Of a DNA stretch of 64,000 nt, positions 11,035 to 24,492 are shown one piece after another. The stretch covers positions 263,571 through 327,570 of the forward strand of contig CAWJTV010000027.1 of NCBI GenBank assembly GCA_963845755.1, in the 5' to 3' direction. A program made the position numbers and the translations under genes. How positions within the stretch are numbered: position 1 is the first letter of the stretch; each line of letters opens with the position of its first letter. This DNA is from an uncultured Planctomycetota bacterium (GTDB lineage: Bacteria; Planctomycetota; Planctomycetia; Isosphaerales; Isosphaeraceae). Under the pieces are notes generated by a model. The model had not been told where the DNA came from and made no database searches. It saw only the letters and a list, made by a program, of their open reading frames with translations.

Positions 11035-12118
11035 ATGCCAGGTCTGGAGTTCAAGCCGATTCTTGAGGGCGATCTGCCCGAAGTCGCCCGATTCCTCAAG
11101 GCGCAACAAGAACAGGCGATGCGGGACGACCCAACTCACTGGTATGCCACGGGCGACGATCTCAATTGGCTGCCCAAGAATCCCGATTGTCGCGAAGAGA
11201 TCCCGCTGGGCGAGATGCTTCGAGCGCCGGATGGAACGCTGCTGGGGGTGATCCTGGCCGTGCCGCGAAGTTACCGGCTAGGCGATCAGCAGCTCCTCGG
11301 CCTGGCAGGCCGGTAATTTCTTCGTCGACCGCCCCGACCGATTCAAGGCTTTTTCATGATCCGGCGGTTCCTGTCGTGCAAGGGGGTGGACTTCTGCTTC
11401 GCCAACTTCTGCCAATGCCCAGTCAGGGCCCCTTTGGGCCAAGTGTGCCGCTGCCCAGACGCCGGAGTCGGACGTCGAGTATCTGCTTCCGATCCGTCTC
11501 GGTCCGCTCCTCCAGGAAATCGCCCTCCGAAAGAACTGGCCTCGAGCCGCCGTTTCCTCACTCGGAGTCGTCGGACCGTTGGCTACGCTGCTCGCCGCTC
11601 CGCGTCGGCCGCGGACATCGCTTCCGCTTCGAGCGGTCCACGGATTGGGATCGCCTCGCCGCGATCGACGAACGAAATCGCAACCCCGACTTCCTCAACC
11701 CGTTCGCACGGTCCCTTTCTTGCATGGGCCTACAGCGAGGTGACCGATGAGTCCGCTGGCGAATCATATACGCCAGTCTATCAGTTTGCCGACAGTCAAG
11801 GCCACGAAGGTTGGTTCGCGTTGCGTTTCGGCCGACGAGGGCGAAACCGACAAATCCGCTCCACTCGGCTCGTTGATGTCGTGTGGCCGAATCAACGCAT
11901 GAGCTTTATCGACGTCCTGCCCATGATCATCGAGATCGCCGCCCCTCAGAGCGATGTCGTGAGTATCCGGGGCCAGATTATCGTTGGGGCTTCGGGAAGG
12001 GCTTTGGGATTGCGGCGCAGGCGGATTGCCCGCCGCCGAAGGTTACATTGTCGGGCGGTTCCGGCCGACCAGCGAACTCGTGGGACTGGCGGATTTCCCC
12101 TACATCGACCGTTATTGA
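11035..12118 (+). CDS. Hypothetical protein, possibly GNAT-like; multiple frameshifts
   Basis: MPGLEFKPILEGDLPEVARFL..GVILAVPR..; later frame FLAWAYS..GWFALRFGRRGRNRQIRSTRLVDVVWP. Confidence 0.5.
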
Positions 12119-12959
12119 CCTATTCCAATGGAAACCCATTCGCGCAATCCGAGGGGCAGAGGCGGCAACTCCCGAAGTGGCGACGGAGCGCTGCCGGGTA
12201 CGCAGGGCCGATGATGGAGGCGGCCTCCTCGGACAGCAGGAATCTGGCCGCTCCGACGTTGTCCGCCGGGACGCCGGGACGCCCGAATGGCGAGCGTCGA
12301 AGGATCCTTCCGGGCCGAGTCCCTTCGAGACTGAAGTTCTGGGCCGTCCGCAAGACACCTTGCGATCCGTTAATGTCACACCCGCCGATACGTTGTCGGC
12401 ACAAGAGCCGGCGATCTTCGCAGAGCGGGACGAGAGCGGAGTTGGTGCGAACGCGGAGGAGGATCGCCCGTGGGGACGCCCGACAAGTCATTTGACCCGA
12501 GTGGGTCATTGCCTCGCTGTCATCACAACGCTACGATGATCGATGGCTTGGGCGCAGGGTAGGACGACGTGACCGGAGCGCAGACCCATTGACCAAGTCC
12601 GGAAGGCGGCATCATGCCGCCCGGTCCGACTATCCGGAATTGGTACCAGGGCGAGAGTTCGTGACCATCCAATATCAACTCCAGGTTTAGTAACCCCGAA
12701 GTGCGGATACGCCATTTCACGCGGAACCTTGACGCAGCGGCAAGATCCTTCCTTCAGTGGAAGACGTAATCAGCCGGATGTTCTCGTAGACGGAAGCAGG
12801 TGTGGCACAAGCGTTTAGTCGCCATGCTGGGTTCCGGGTCAGGAATCCTCCGGGCCGACCGACGATGAAACCAGCACGTCTGGCTCTTGCGATCCTGCGC
12901 TCGCCTTCGCCTGATGAACCGACATTCCACGAAATGCCCCCGGGAGTCAAGCGATCATC

Positions 12960-14177
12960 ATGAGAACCGGCGACCTGTCGCAAGTGACCCGCATCGTCGA
13001 TCCCATGAACGACCCTCGGTCGATCCTCAGCGATACCCTGGGAGATCACGGCAAGGAACTCAAACCGATACGCGATACAGGCATTTCGTTGGACTTCTGG
13101 CCCGGGGTTCAACTCTATTACCCGCCCGTGAAGTTCGTGCCCAAGGTCGGAACATATGAAGATTTGGATGCGGCGAGCAAACGATTCCACAAGTACGCTC
13201 ACCAGACCCCGGCGCACACCTTGATCTTCGACCTCGAAGATGGCTGCGGCCAGAAAGAACTGAGCCGAAAGCTGCTTCGTCGCAAGCTGCCTTCGATGCC
13301 ACGCAGGAACTCGGTACAGGTGGCGATCCGCATCAGCAGCTTCCGGACCGGAGAGTACGAGAAGGACATGAAGCTTGTTCGCGACTTGGCCGACTTTATC
13401 GACGTCGTCATGCTCGCCAAGGCCGGCGAATCTTATGGGGCGGCCGAGATCCGCGACCTGTCGGCGCTCCTGTCCGGCTTCAATCATAAGATCTCCATCC
13501 AGCCGATCATCGAGCACCCGATCTCGCTCAAGATCGCCGCGGACCTCATGCAATACCCGATGGTCAAGCACGTCGTGTTCGGGATCCACGACTTTTCCAA
13601 GGCAATGGGTATTCGCATCACGCCGGAGTCCTGGACGGAGGATCTCAAGTTCTTCGTCAGTCAGTTGATCTTCGAGGCCCGGATCGCCGGCAAGGGCGTG
13701 ATCGGGGGCGTCGAGACACTCATCGGGCGGGCGGTGATTCCGGAAGAGCTGGTAGAGAGCGATGAAGTCCGCCGCTGGCTCGAACTGAAGGGCGATCACG
13801 AGTCGCGCGTGGTTTTCCAACACGCCTGCTACGAGGCATCGATGGGGCTCACCGGCAAGCAGGTGATACATCCCAATCATATTCCCATCTGTAAGCTGGC
13901 CCTAACCCCATCCCCCAAAGTCATCGCTCGCAACATCGCGATGCTCGAGGCCGCCATCAAGGCCGGCGTACTGCAGGGCGGGGCCATCAAGATCGAGAGC
14001 CAATTCGAGAGTCAAATGGTCGATCCTCCGATGTTCGCGATGGGCGTGCAGACTCTTCTGCGCGCTCACGCTTTCCACGCACTGAGCGACGAGGACACGT
14101 CTTTCCTGGTGATGTTGCTCCAGAAGCTCCCCGCGCAGACCGTCCGCGAACATTGGCCGTACGGCGTCATCCTCTAG
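12960..14177 (+). CDS. HpcH/HpaI aldolase / citrate lyase beta (malyl-CoA lyase-like) family protein
   Basis: LIFDLEDG, VMLAK, PIIEHP, FGIHDF, GLTGKQVIHP. Confidence 0.85.
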   Translation: MRTGDLSQVTRIVDPMNDPRSILSDTLGDHGKELKPIRDTGISLDFWPGVQLYYPPVKFVPKVGTYEDLDAASKRFHKYAHQTPAHTLIFDLEDGCGQKELSRKLLRRKLPSMPRRNSVQVAIRISSFRTGEYEKDMKLVRDLADFIDVVMLAKAGESYGAAEIRDLSALLSGFNHKISIQPIIEHPISLKIAADLMQYPMVKHVVFGIHDFSKAMGIRITPESWTEDLKFFVSQLIFEARIAGKGVIGGVETLIGRAVIPEELVESDEVRRWLELKGDHESRVVFQHACYEASMGLTGKQVIHPNHIPICKLALTPSPKVIARNIAMLEAAIKAGVLQGGAIKIESQFESQMVDPPMFAMGVQTLLRAHAFHALSDEDTSFLVMLLQKLPAQTVREHWPYGVIL

Positions 14178-14194
14178 CGTCAGGAATCTCTGAG

Positions 14195-15941
14195 ATGAGC
14201 GACTGGAGCCTCGACGCACCTTGGCGCTGGGACATCCCCGAGCGTTTCAATATCGGGGTCGCCTGTACGGACAAGCACTTGGGAACGCCGGTGGCCGACC
14301 GTGTTGCAATGATCATCGAGGACGACGAACATGGGACCGTCGCGGTTGACGTATGCGGAACTTGCGTCGCGTACAAGCCGCTTCGCGCGAATTGCTGCGA
14401 AAGCTCGGTATCGCGCCCGGCGACCGGCTGCTCATCCGGCTTCCCAATTCACTCGCGTACCCGACCGCCTTCCTTGGGGGATTGAAGTGCGGCGCGATCT
14501 GCGTGCCCGACTTCGACCTGCTCGCCGCCAGATGAGGTCGAATACATCGCCACGAGACTCGGTGCCATCGCGTTGGTCATCGACAAGACCGCCTGGCGCC
14601 AGTTCGCTCCGCGACTCGCGCAACGGACGACTCTCGAGCATGTCCTGCTGGTAGGGAGCGGCGAAATCGTCGGCGGCGGCCGGGATCAGGACTCATGATC
14701 TCGAGCACGCACTGGCATCCATCGAAAGCTGGTCGGCGCCCTATGCCACCGCCGCCGATGATCCGGCGTATCTGGTCTACACTTCGGGTACGACCAGCTA
14801 TCCCAAAGGCGTGCTGCACGCGCACCGCGGCGCTACTCGGCCGCACTCCGGCTGCAAGATACTGGTTCGATTTCCATCCCGACGGCGACCGGATCGTTCA
14901 CTGCGGCAAGTTCAATTGGACCTACGTCCTGGGCACGGCGATGATGGATCCGTTTTACTGGGGCAAGACCGTCATTGGCCTTTGAAGGCAAGAACGACGC
15001 GCGGATCTGGCCCAGGCTCATCGCCAAGCACGACGCAACCATCTTCATCGGCGTGCCGACGGTATTCCGCCAGATCCTTCAGAAGACCGAATATCGCGCG
15101 CGAGGATGTACCTACCCTGCGTCACTGCATGAGTGCAGGCGAACATCTGAGTCGAGGAAGTCCTGACGGAGTGGCAAGACCGCTTCGGAATGGGAATCTA
15201 CGAAGCGGTGGGAATGACCGAATTCTCGTACTATCTGTCCCAGAGCACGTTTCGGCCGATTCGGCCCGGTAGTGCGGGCTCTCCACAACCCGGTCATGAG
15301 ATCCAATTGTTGAACCCGGAGACCCTCGAGAAAGTACCCCCTCACGAGGCGGGGATGATCTGCGTTCCCGAGAACGATCCGGGACTGTTCCTGCGGCTAC
15401 TGGAACTTGCCCGAGGAGACGGCGCGGCTGCGACGCGATGGTTGGTTCCTCACCGGCGACTACGCTCGCTACGACGCCGATGGCTACATCTGGTTCCTCG
15501 GCCGCAAGGACGACCTCATCAATAGCTTCGGTTATCGAGTCTCCCCGTACGAGGTCGAGCGCGTCTTCAAATCCCACCACGCAGTTGCCGATTGTGCCTG
15601 TGTCGGCGAAGCGCACGGCGCGGACAAGATCTTCGTTGTCGCCTATGTCATCCTTCAGCCCGGCAGCGCGGTGACTCCCGATGATGTACTCGCCTTTGGC
15701 CGCAAGAAGCTGGCAAAGTACAAGTCGCCGAAGATCGTCTATTTCGCGCAACGAGTTTCCCCGCACGAAGAATGGAAAGATCCTGCGTCGGCAGATTACA
15801 CCCTGCATGGCGATCGCACGATCCCGCGTCGGTTCCATCGGTAACGGCGACATCTCGGCGGGGCCGCCTTCACCCGATGAGGACTGTGCCCGCATCGAGA
15901 GCATGGGTACTCCCGAGACCACTCTTCCGCGGATTCCTTGA
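14195..15941 (+). CDS. Acyl-CoA synthetase (AMP-binding, ANL family); many frameshifts
   Basis: WRWDIPERFNIG, YTSGTT, SAGEHL, YEAVGMTE, WFLTGD, GRKDDLINSFGYRVSPYEVE, PRTKNGKILR. Confidence 0.85.
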
Positions 15942-16018
15942 CGGTCAACACCATCGGTCGGCTTCAGGGTCCTGGCTTTGGAGATGTCCCGGCACTGGCA
16001 CAAGAAGAGGAAAAGGTC

Positions 16019-17022
16019 ATGCGCGCCATGGCTGATGGACTCCTATCGAGGTGTCGAAAACTGCGTTTGAGCGAGGTTGCCGATCCGCAACCTGGCCCGG
16101 GTCAGGTGCTGCTCGGGAGTACGGTTCGCGGCGCTGAATCCGGCGGATGCTTTCCTGGCGCAGGCCCTGTACCCGGCCAGGCCGCCGTTGCCGCACATCC
16201 TGGGCCGCGATGGTGTGGGTGAGGTCCTGGCCTCCGGCTCCGCGGTGGAGAACGTGCGTGTCGGCGAGACGGTGGGCATCTTGCGTTGCAGCGCGGGCGT
16301 GGAGATCTGGGGAACACTTGCAGAGAAGGTGGTGGTTCCCGCCGGCCAGTCTGGCCCCCGTGCCCCGAGGCTGGTCCCTGGAAGAGATGGCCGGTGGGCC
16401 TCTGGTCTTCCTCACCGCCTGGCAGGCTCTCACGCAGTGGAGCGAGCCGCCGGCGCCGCCGCGGGAGGGTTCGGTGCTGCTGGTGACCGGGGCCTCCGGG
16501 GGTGTCGGCACGGCCTCGGTCCTTCTCGGGAAATCGATGAACCTCACCGTGGTGGCTCTTTCTCGCGGCGCGGCAAAGGGCGCGAAGGTGAAGGAGCTTG
16601 GCGCTGACTTCGTCCTGGACCCTGAGGATCCGGACCTGCGTAAGGCGGTCCTGGCGGCGATCGCTCCCGAAGAAGATCGACCTCGCCGTGGACACCGTCG
16701 GCGGAGCGCTCGTTCGGCGAAGTAGTCACGATGCTGGGACAGGGCGGACGCATCAGCGTCGTCGGGCGGAGCGGCGGTGTCGTGCCGGAGTTCAATACCG
16801 CAACGCTCTTGTTCCGGAGGAATCGCATCGGCGGGGTTTCGGTCGGAGACTACGCCCCGGAGGCGGCACAAGCCGCGTGGAAGCAGATTGTCGGTCGTCT
16901 GGATGCGACGGGGAAGCGGCCGGTTGTGGACGGAGTTTTCCGGTTCGAGGATGTGACTGCGGCGTTCGCGCGGCCTTGCGAAAGGGCCGATGGGGAAGGT
17001 GCTCGTTCGCATCGCAGGCTGA
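16019..17022 (+). CDS. MDR-family NADPH:quinone oxidoreductase / alcohol dehydrogenase-like; frameshifted
   Basis: ALNPAD, PHILGRDGVGEV, LVTGASGGVG, DLAVDTVGG, GPMGKVLV. Confidence 0.85.
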
Positions 17023-17076
17023 ACGCGTCGGCGGCTGATCGCCCCGTCCGAGTGGAGCAAATCGGCAATCGTCGTC

Positions 17077-18703
<1,627 letters not shown>

Positions 18704-18844
18704 GGACGGTTCTCCCCAGAATGACCCGTTGTAGCAGGCGAACTCCGCCGCCAAGACCTGAATCCCTGAGACTCGGCTCCGTTTCACCGGCTCGATCAGC
18801 GACCATCGCTCGAGCGATGATCGACGGGATTGCGCAGTGCCGAC

Positions 18845-18928
18845 ACCAACCCGACGCGGCGGCGAGGGGGGGCTCTCGAGTGACAACCGGCTGCCCAGTA
18901 CTTCCCCTCGCCGCCGCGTCGGGTTGGT
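18845..18928. repeat. REP-like inverted repeat with perfect 25-bp arms
   Basis: ACCAACCCGACGCGGCGGCGAGGGG (18845-18869) and its exact reverse complement (18904-18928). Confidence 0.8.
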
Positions 18929-18968
18929 ACGAGGCGGCCGAGTGCTGAAGGTATGGACGAACGCCCGC

Positions 18969-20355
18969 TCAGAAGACCTTACGGATTTTCTTGTCGGCAT
19001 CCGAGAGCTCGATCGTCGCGACAGCCTGAACGAACCGAGGTCGCTCGTGGGCATCCAGTTGTTCGCGACACGTTTCGAGGATCGCCCCTCGACCTCTTTG
19101 GCGTCGAAACCCGGCTCGGTCACGTATTCGCATGCAACCATCTGGCCGACGAGCGACGACCTCCGAGCGAAAACGCGAACGTCGCGCACTCCAGGGACAC
19201 TCTGGATGACTTGTTCCACACGAAGGGGACGCACCTTGTTCCCGCCGACGTTGATCAGGTCATCCCGTCGGCCGACGAAGTAGCAACGATCGCCGACGCG
19301 TTCCACCAGATCACCCGTGGCAACCCAATCGGTCCCGCCCTTCTCGGTGGCCGCGGTGCCAGGTGATCCGATCATGGCGTTCGCCGATTGGACAAGAAGC
19401 TCGCCATCCTCGATCTTCAGCGCGATACCATCCTCGGAAGGGACGTCCAGGAAACGGGCCGGGAAGCCCGCTCGGCCATCCGTGACCGTAAAGCATCGGC
19501 CGACCTCGCTGCTCCCGTAGAGATGAACCAGCCGCGCCTCGGGATAGAGGCGCCGCAGAGCGTCCAGCAAGTGTTGGTCGGCGATTTCCCCTCCCAGGGT
19601 GATCTGTTCGAGCCGGAGGGCACCGAGAGCGGCGGGACTTCCCAGCGTGATCAGTCGGCGCCAGAACGACGGAGTGGCGGAAACCGAACGGACGTCGCTG
19701 CGGCGCATCAAGTCCAGGAGTGCATCGACGCTCATCCCCGGTTCCGGAATCGCGAGCGGGTCCTGGTTCACCAAACAATGCAGAAAGACCTGAAGGCCCC
19801 CGTAAAGATGCGGGCGATACGTCAACAACCAGCACTCAGATGTCGAAGCGTCCGTCTTTCGGACCGGCCGCGTCAGACTATTCCAATCATGCCGGATTGC
19901 CTTGGGTCGGCCCGTACTCCCCGAAGTGAAGATCGTCACTTCGCCTCGCCCCGAGCCCGGGCCCCGCGACCCACTCGAGCGGTCAGTGACCTCGATCTGC
20001 CCCTCCTTCCCGCAGGGATCGATGATCACGTCGATCTCATGGAGGCGGCCAGATCCTCGATCGCCTCGTCGCTCGACCGCTTGATCGATGACGAAGAGAT
20101 CTCCCTCGAGCAACGAAAAAGCCAGGAGCACGCATAGGAGATCTCCGACGATCGGAAGAGAATCCCCATTCGAGCCTGGGCAAAAGACTCGAATCGCTCG
20201 ACCAGACCGTCAATGATCCCCAGCCAATCCATCCAGGACACCGTCCGCGTCGGAGTGAAGAATGCGGGCCGTCGGGTCCGCTCCATCGCCTGGTAGATCG
20301 CGGAAACGAATCGGCCGGTATGGGGCTCGGACACGGAATGTGTGAAACGACTCAT
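18969..20355 (-). CDS. Adenylate-forming enzyme (acyl-CoA/acyl-ACP ligase-like); frameshifts near 20135 and 19085
   Basis: FTSGSTGRPK, SATPSFWR, TLGGE, LYGSSEVG, ATGDLV, GRRDDLINVGGNKV. Confidence 0.85.
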
Positions 20356-20359
20356 TGGT

Positions 20360-20617
20360 GTCCGCCTGGTAGAGCAAACAGAAGTCGCTGAGGGGTCCGC
20401 ATGCCGCGGATCGCAGCCTTCGAGGGCGAATGTTCCGAACACGTGCACCAGCCTCGCCAACCGCTCGGCGATGTCCGGGGAGCCCCGGCCGAGCAATCCG
20501 TCGAGCACCTCACCGGGGGTGAGGCCGGGAGCGTTCAATCCCTCGTTCAGGAATCCGGCTTCGAACTTGTTGAACCAGCTTCCGGTGTAGGCAAGGCGGG
20601 TCGGTCGGCTCGGACAT
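20360..20617 (-). pseudogene. Degenerate acyl-carrier-protein paralogue
   Basis: FEAGFLNEGLNAPGLTPGEVLDGLLGRGSPDIAERLARLVHVFG aligns by eye to FSTVFKHKGLNPPPLSSETVLDGSLGLESLDFAELVVRLEQVFG of the ACP at 22 kb; a shifted frame gives RTLSDFCLLYQ vs KTLADLAVLYQ. Confidence 0.6.
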
Positions 20618-21005
20618 GCCGGTCTGCTCCCCAAAACGCAAACGCGTGCGAATGTCTACGGACCTTCCTCCTGACCCGGACTTCGCCCCGAACACCACTG
20701 CACCTGATCGCAGAGCACACCGGTATGTAGGATTATTGTTGATGAGTTGGAGCCCGGTGTCAATAGCAAGGCAGTTTCATTATAAGATTTATTTTAATAA
20801 ATTATTGATATTACATATGTTTTATTTTCAAGCGATCGTCATGTCCGGGCCAGTCGAGCCTGCGGCAACGCCTCGCCCGGTCGCACCGGAGGTTCTTCGA
20901 CGTGCGTAGGTCGCCCGAGCCGCGGCGAGCGGCCGGGCAGGCCACTGGCAACTCGTTCTGCACGCTCGGCCTCGGATCTCCATAGCCGGCATGGTGCGAT
21001 GATCC

Positions 21006-21735
21006 TCAGACCGTGATGCCGCCGTTGACGACCAGCAACTGCCCGGTCACGAACGCCGATTCGTCGGACAGCAGGAACCGGACCGGGCCGACCACATCCT
21101 CGGGCGTCCCGAGCCGCTGCAAAGGGGTTCGGCGGAGGATTTTCCCCAACTGCTCATCCTTCAAGGGGGCACTCATCTCCGTGCGGAGGTAACCGGTACA
21201 ACGGAATTGACTCGGATCTTCCATGCCCCCAGCTCGCGGGCCAGGGCTCGGGTCATCGCATCCAGTCCCCCCTTGGTCGCGCCGTAGAGCGTCATCCCTC
21301 GATACCCTCGAACGCCCACTACCGATGAGATGTTCACGATCGAGCCGCCTCCCCGCCCGCATCTGCCGGACGACCTGACGAGTCAGGACATCGGTGCCCG
21401 CAGAATGGTCATCGCATTCGATCTGGCGTCGGCACAAGGACAGGACCCCACCGTCGCCACCGCGCGCAGTTCACCAGGCCATGGGGCGGTCCGAAACGTT
21501 CCCGAGCGGTGTCCAGGAAACGATTCATCGAGGGACCATCACAGGCGTCGGCCGACTGGTAAAGGAACGCGCTTCGGTCCGCGAGCTGATCGACGAACTC
21601 CGTGCGATTGCGACTGAAGGTCGAGACGTTGTAGCCGGCCTCGAGCAGGCCCAACACCAGGGCCTGTCCCAACCCCCGGCTGCCTCCGCTGATGACGACG
21701 TGCCGCCCAGACTCGCCTCGGCCTTCTCGGCTCAT
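21006..21735 (-). CDS. Short-chain dehydrogenase/reductase (FabG-like); frameshifted
   Basis: [50 protein letters not shown]. Confidence 0.85.
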
Positions 21736-21967
21736 CGATCTCACCACCCGGTTGTTATCCGCTACCCTCGATCTCCCGGAGCCGGCGGCCAGCCTGACCC
21801 CGACCTCAGGATGACATGCGGATCTCCTTGCCAGTCCCCGAAAACCCGATCTCCGACACGTTGAGGAAGGCGGGCGTGTCCACGTCTGATACGGCCAGAT
21901 CGAGTTCGTCCCAGGCACTTGGCCACGCCGTCTTGGCCGGCGACCCCCGGAGTGGCCTGATGGGCGA

Positions 21968-22229
21968 TCAATGACGTCGGTTGGTAGAGAACGGCGAGGT
22001 CGGCCAGTGTCTTCAGCTCTGGGATGGTATCACTGGCGAACGGATCCTTGCCGAAAACTTGCTCCAACCTCACAACCAGCTCCGCGAAGTCCAGGGATTC
22101 TAGGCCGAGTGATCCGTCGAGCACCGTCTCGGAAGATAAGGGCGGAGGATTGAGACCCTTGTGCTTGAATACTGTCGAGAATTCTTCGATCACCTTCTCG
22201 AGACTCGATCCTTGTATTGTTAAGGTCAT
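21968..22229 (-). CDS. Acyl carrier protein
   Basis: LGLESLDFAELVVRLEQVFG phosphopantetheine-Ser motif and TLADL C-terminal helix; stop position uncertain (likely indel). Confidence 0.8.
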
Positions 22230-22586
22230 AGGGTCCCAGTTCCTCGCTATCAAGTGTACAAAACACACGAGAACACTCGGCGGCGGTCAACCCAGAAGTC
22301 TCCAAGCATGATCTATCGGCCGCCGAAGATCCGTGCAGTGTTTCTGGCATCCCGGCTTCGCGTCGCATACACTGTTGCCAAAAAGCATCATCGCAGTTTG
22401 GCCAGAATGATCGATGACGCCGGCAAGTCACTCGGTCGGGTTGGAACGCCTAACCGACATCAGGTTCTTGGTTGCGCGGCTAATACGTTGGTATCACAAT
22501 CCCATTCCCACGATCGCGACCAATGCTTAAATGGGACAAAAACCTGGACCAAAAGTCAAGTCATGGACGGGCTATGAGAACAAATC

Positions 22587-24265
22587 GGGAGCAGGAACGC
22601 TAATGTCGCCACATCCGGGTGTAGCCAAACGTCAATAGGAGAACTCGACGAATTTTGATAGGGTGGAAGGACGTTGGGGCAAGATAGCTTGATCATGGAG
22701 GATCGTCATGTTTCGCGGCTCGCCTACCGATTCGGCCCAGGATGCCCGTCTTCAGCGACTTCTCGGGATGGTCAAGGAAGAATTCTTCGCGGTTGATCAG
22801 ACGGGTGCGGGGCTCGACTTCGCCACCATCGAGCAATGCGCTCGACGAAGCCGGTCGCAAGGTGGCACGCCTGCTCTGCGAGCAAACCGCGTCTCAATGC
22901 GCCGAGTCCGCCGAGCACGAGCAACCCTGTCCCGGTCGCGGCCAGGCTTGCGCCGGAACCATCCAAGAGCGACCGCTGGAGACCCGCGACGGGCCGATCT
23001 CCCTCAAAGAGGCACGGCACTCTTGCCCGCGATGCCGGCGGGTCTTTTTCCCCCAATAGACTGCGCCAGGGCTTGGATCACCGCGGCTATAGCCCGACGA
23101 TGCGGGCAATCCTGGTCGCGATGGCCATCGCCGCCCGCTCGTTCGCCGAGGCCGCGAAATTGGCCGGCATCGCTGCGGAACTGAAGATCTCACCCCGCCA
23201 CCTCCAGACGCTCTGCCAGGAACAGGGAGGCATCGGAGTCGATGAGCAAACCGAGCGGACGACGGCCTATAAAGATCGCCCGTTGATGACGCCGACGACG
23301 GCCGCGAATCCGCCGATCGAGTTGGCCGCCGTCATGATCGATGGCGGTCGTATTCAGGTGCGCCAACCCGACCACGGGCCGGGGGTCCACGAGCCGGCTT
23401 GGAGGGAGACCAAGACGGCCGTCCTGCTGCGGATGAAGCGTCAGGTATCCGACGTCGATCCACAGCCGAACCTCCCCACGTGCTTTGCTGGACCTCTGGG
23501 ATCGGCTGTCGAGCTGCCACCGGCGAGTGAATCGGCGACCCCGGCCGAGAAACCGGACTGGAGACCGGTCCCGGTGGTCCGCTCCGGGCTGGCCACCTTG
23601 AATGACAGCGAGACGTTCGGTTGGATGGCGGCTGCCGCCGCGGACCGGCGCGGCTTCTTCACCGCCACGGCCAAGGCCTTCGTCAGCGACGGCCTGCCGT
23701 ATAACTGGTCGATCCAGCGTCGTCACTTCGCCGACTTCGAGCCGATCCTGGATTTCGTCCACGCCGCGGAACACGTGCACGCCGCGGCCAAGGCCACTGG
23801 CCAAGGCGTTGAGTTGGGCCGGCACTGGGCGGAGTCGTGCTGGGAAGGTCGCGTCGGGGACGTCCTGGGCGAGATCGCCGATCACCAAAGCCGGATCGAT
23901 CCACCGACGAATCCCAAAGACGACCCCGACCATCCCTGGTGCGTGCTCGATCGCGAGCGCGGCTACTTGGAGAATAATCAGTCGCGCATGGACTACCCGC
24001 GCTACCGCCGGGTCGGATTACCCATCACCAGCAGCCCGGTGGAATCGTGGGTCAAGCAGCTCAACCAGCGCGCAAAGGGAGCGAGAAATTCTGGAACAAC
24101 AACGCCAACCCCGAGGCCGTGCTCAACCTCCGCGCGGCTTGGCTCAACGACGACGAGGAATTCATCGACCAGATTCGCAACCGGCCAGGTCATCCCTACG
24201 CGCGGCCAGGTCGCGACACGCAAGCACCCATCGCTGCGTGAAAAATCATTAGCGTTCCTGCACCC
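22587..24265 (+). mobile_element. Insertion sequence, ISKra4-like
   Basis: TIR GGG(A/T)GCAGGAACGCTAATG, 19 bp with one mismatch, at 22587 and 24265; 9-bp target duplication GAACAAATC at 22578-22586 and 24266-24274. Confidence 0.9.
22708..24241 (+). CDS. DDE transposase (ISKra4-like), split across frames
   Basis: CPxC..CPRCRRVFFP N-terminus; MIDGG, FVSDG..YNW, ILDFVHAAEH, YLENNQSRMDYPRYR..GLPITSSPVES. Confidence 0.85.
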
Positions 24266-24492
24266 GAACAAATCGGATGGGCATCGGCCAAAACCCTCTT
24301 GGCGGCGTCGCGGTCCGCCTTGGACCGGGCCCATGGCGCATCTCCGCTCCCAACCATTCCGACCCAGCGATCGATGCGGATCGGACGGAACGGTGTGATC
24401 GGGTCGATGCGGAATGATTGGGCGGGCTGGGCCGGCATTGTGAACGTCGGGCCTTCTGGATCGAACGAGGGCGAGTCCTGTCCAGGCTTGTC

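Noticed and set aside
12120..12950. Small ORFs or ncRNA in the 0.8-kb spacer before the lyase gene
   Set aside because: No recognisable motif, RBS-supported ORF or convincing structure
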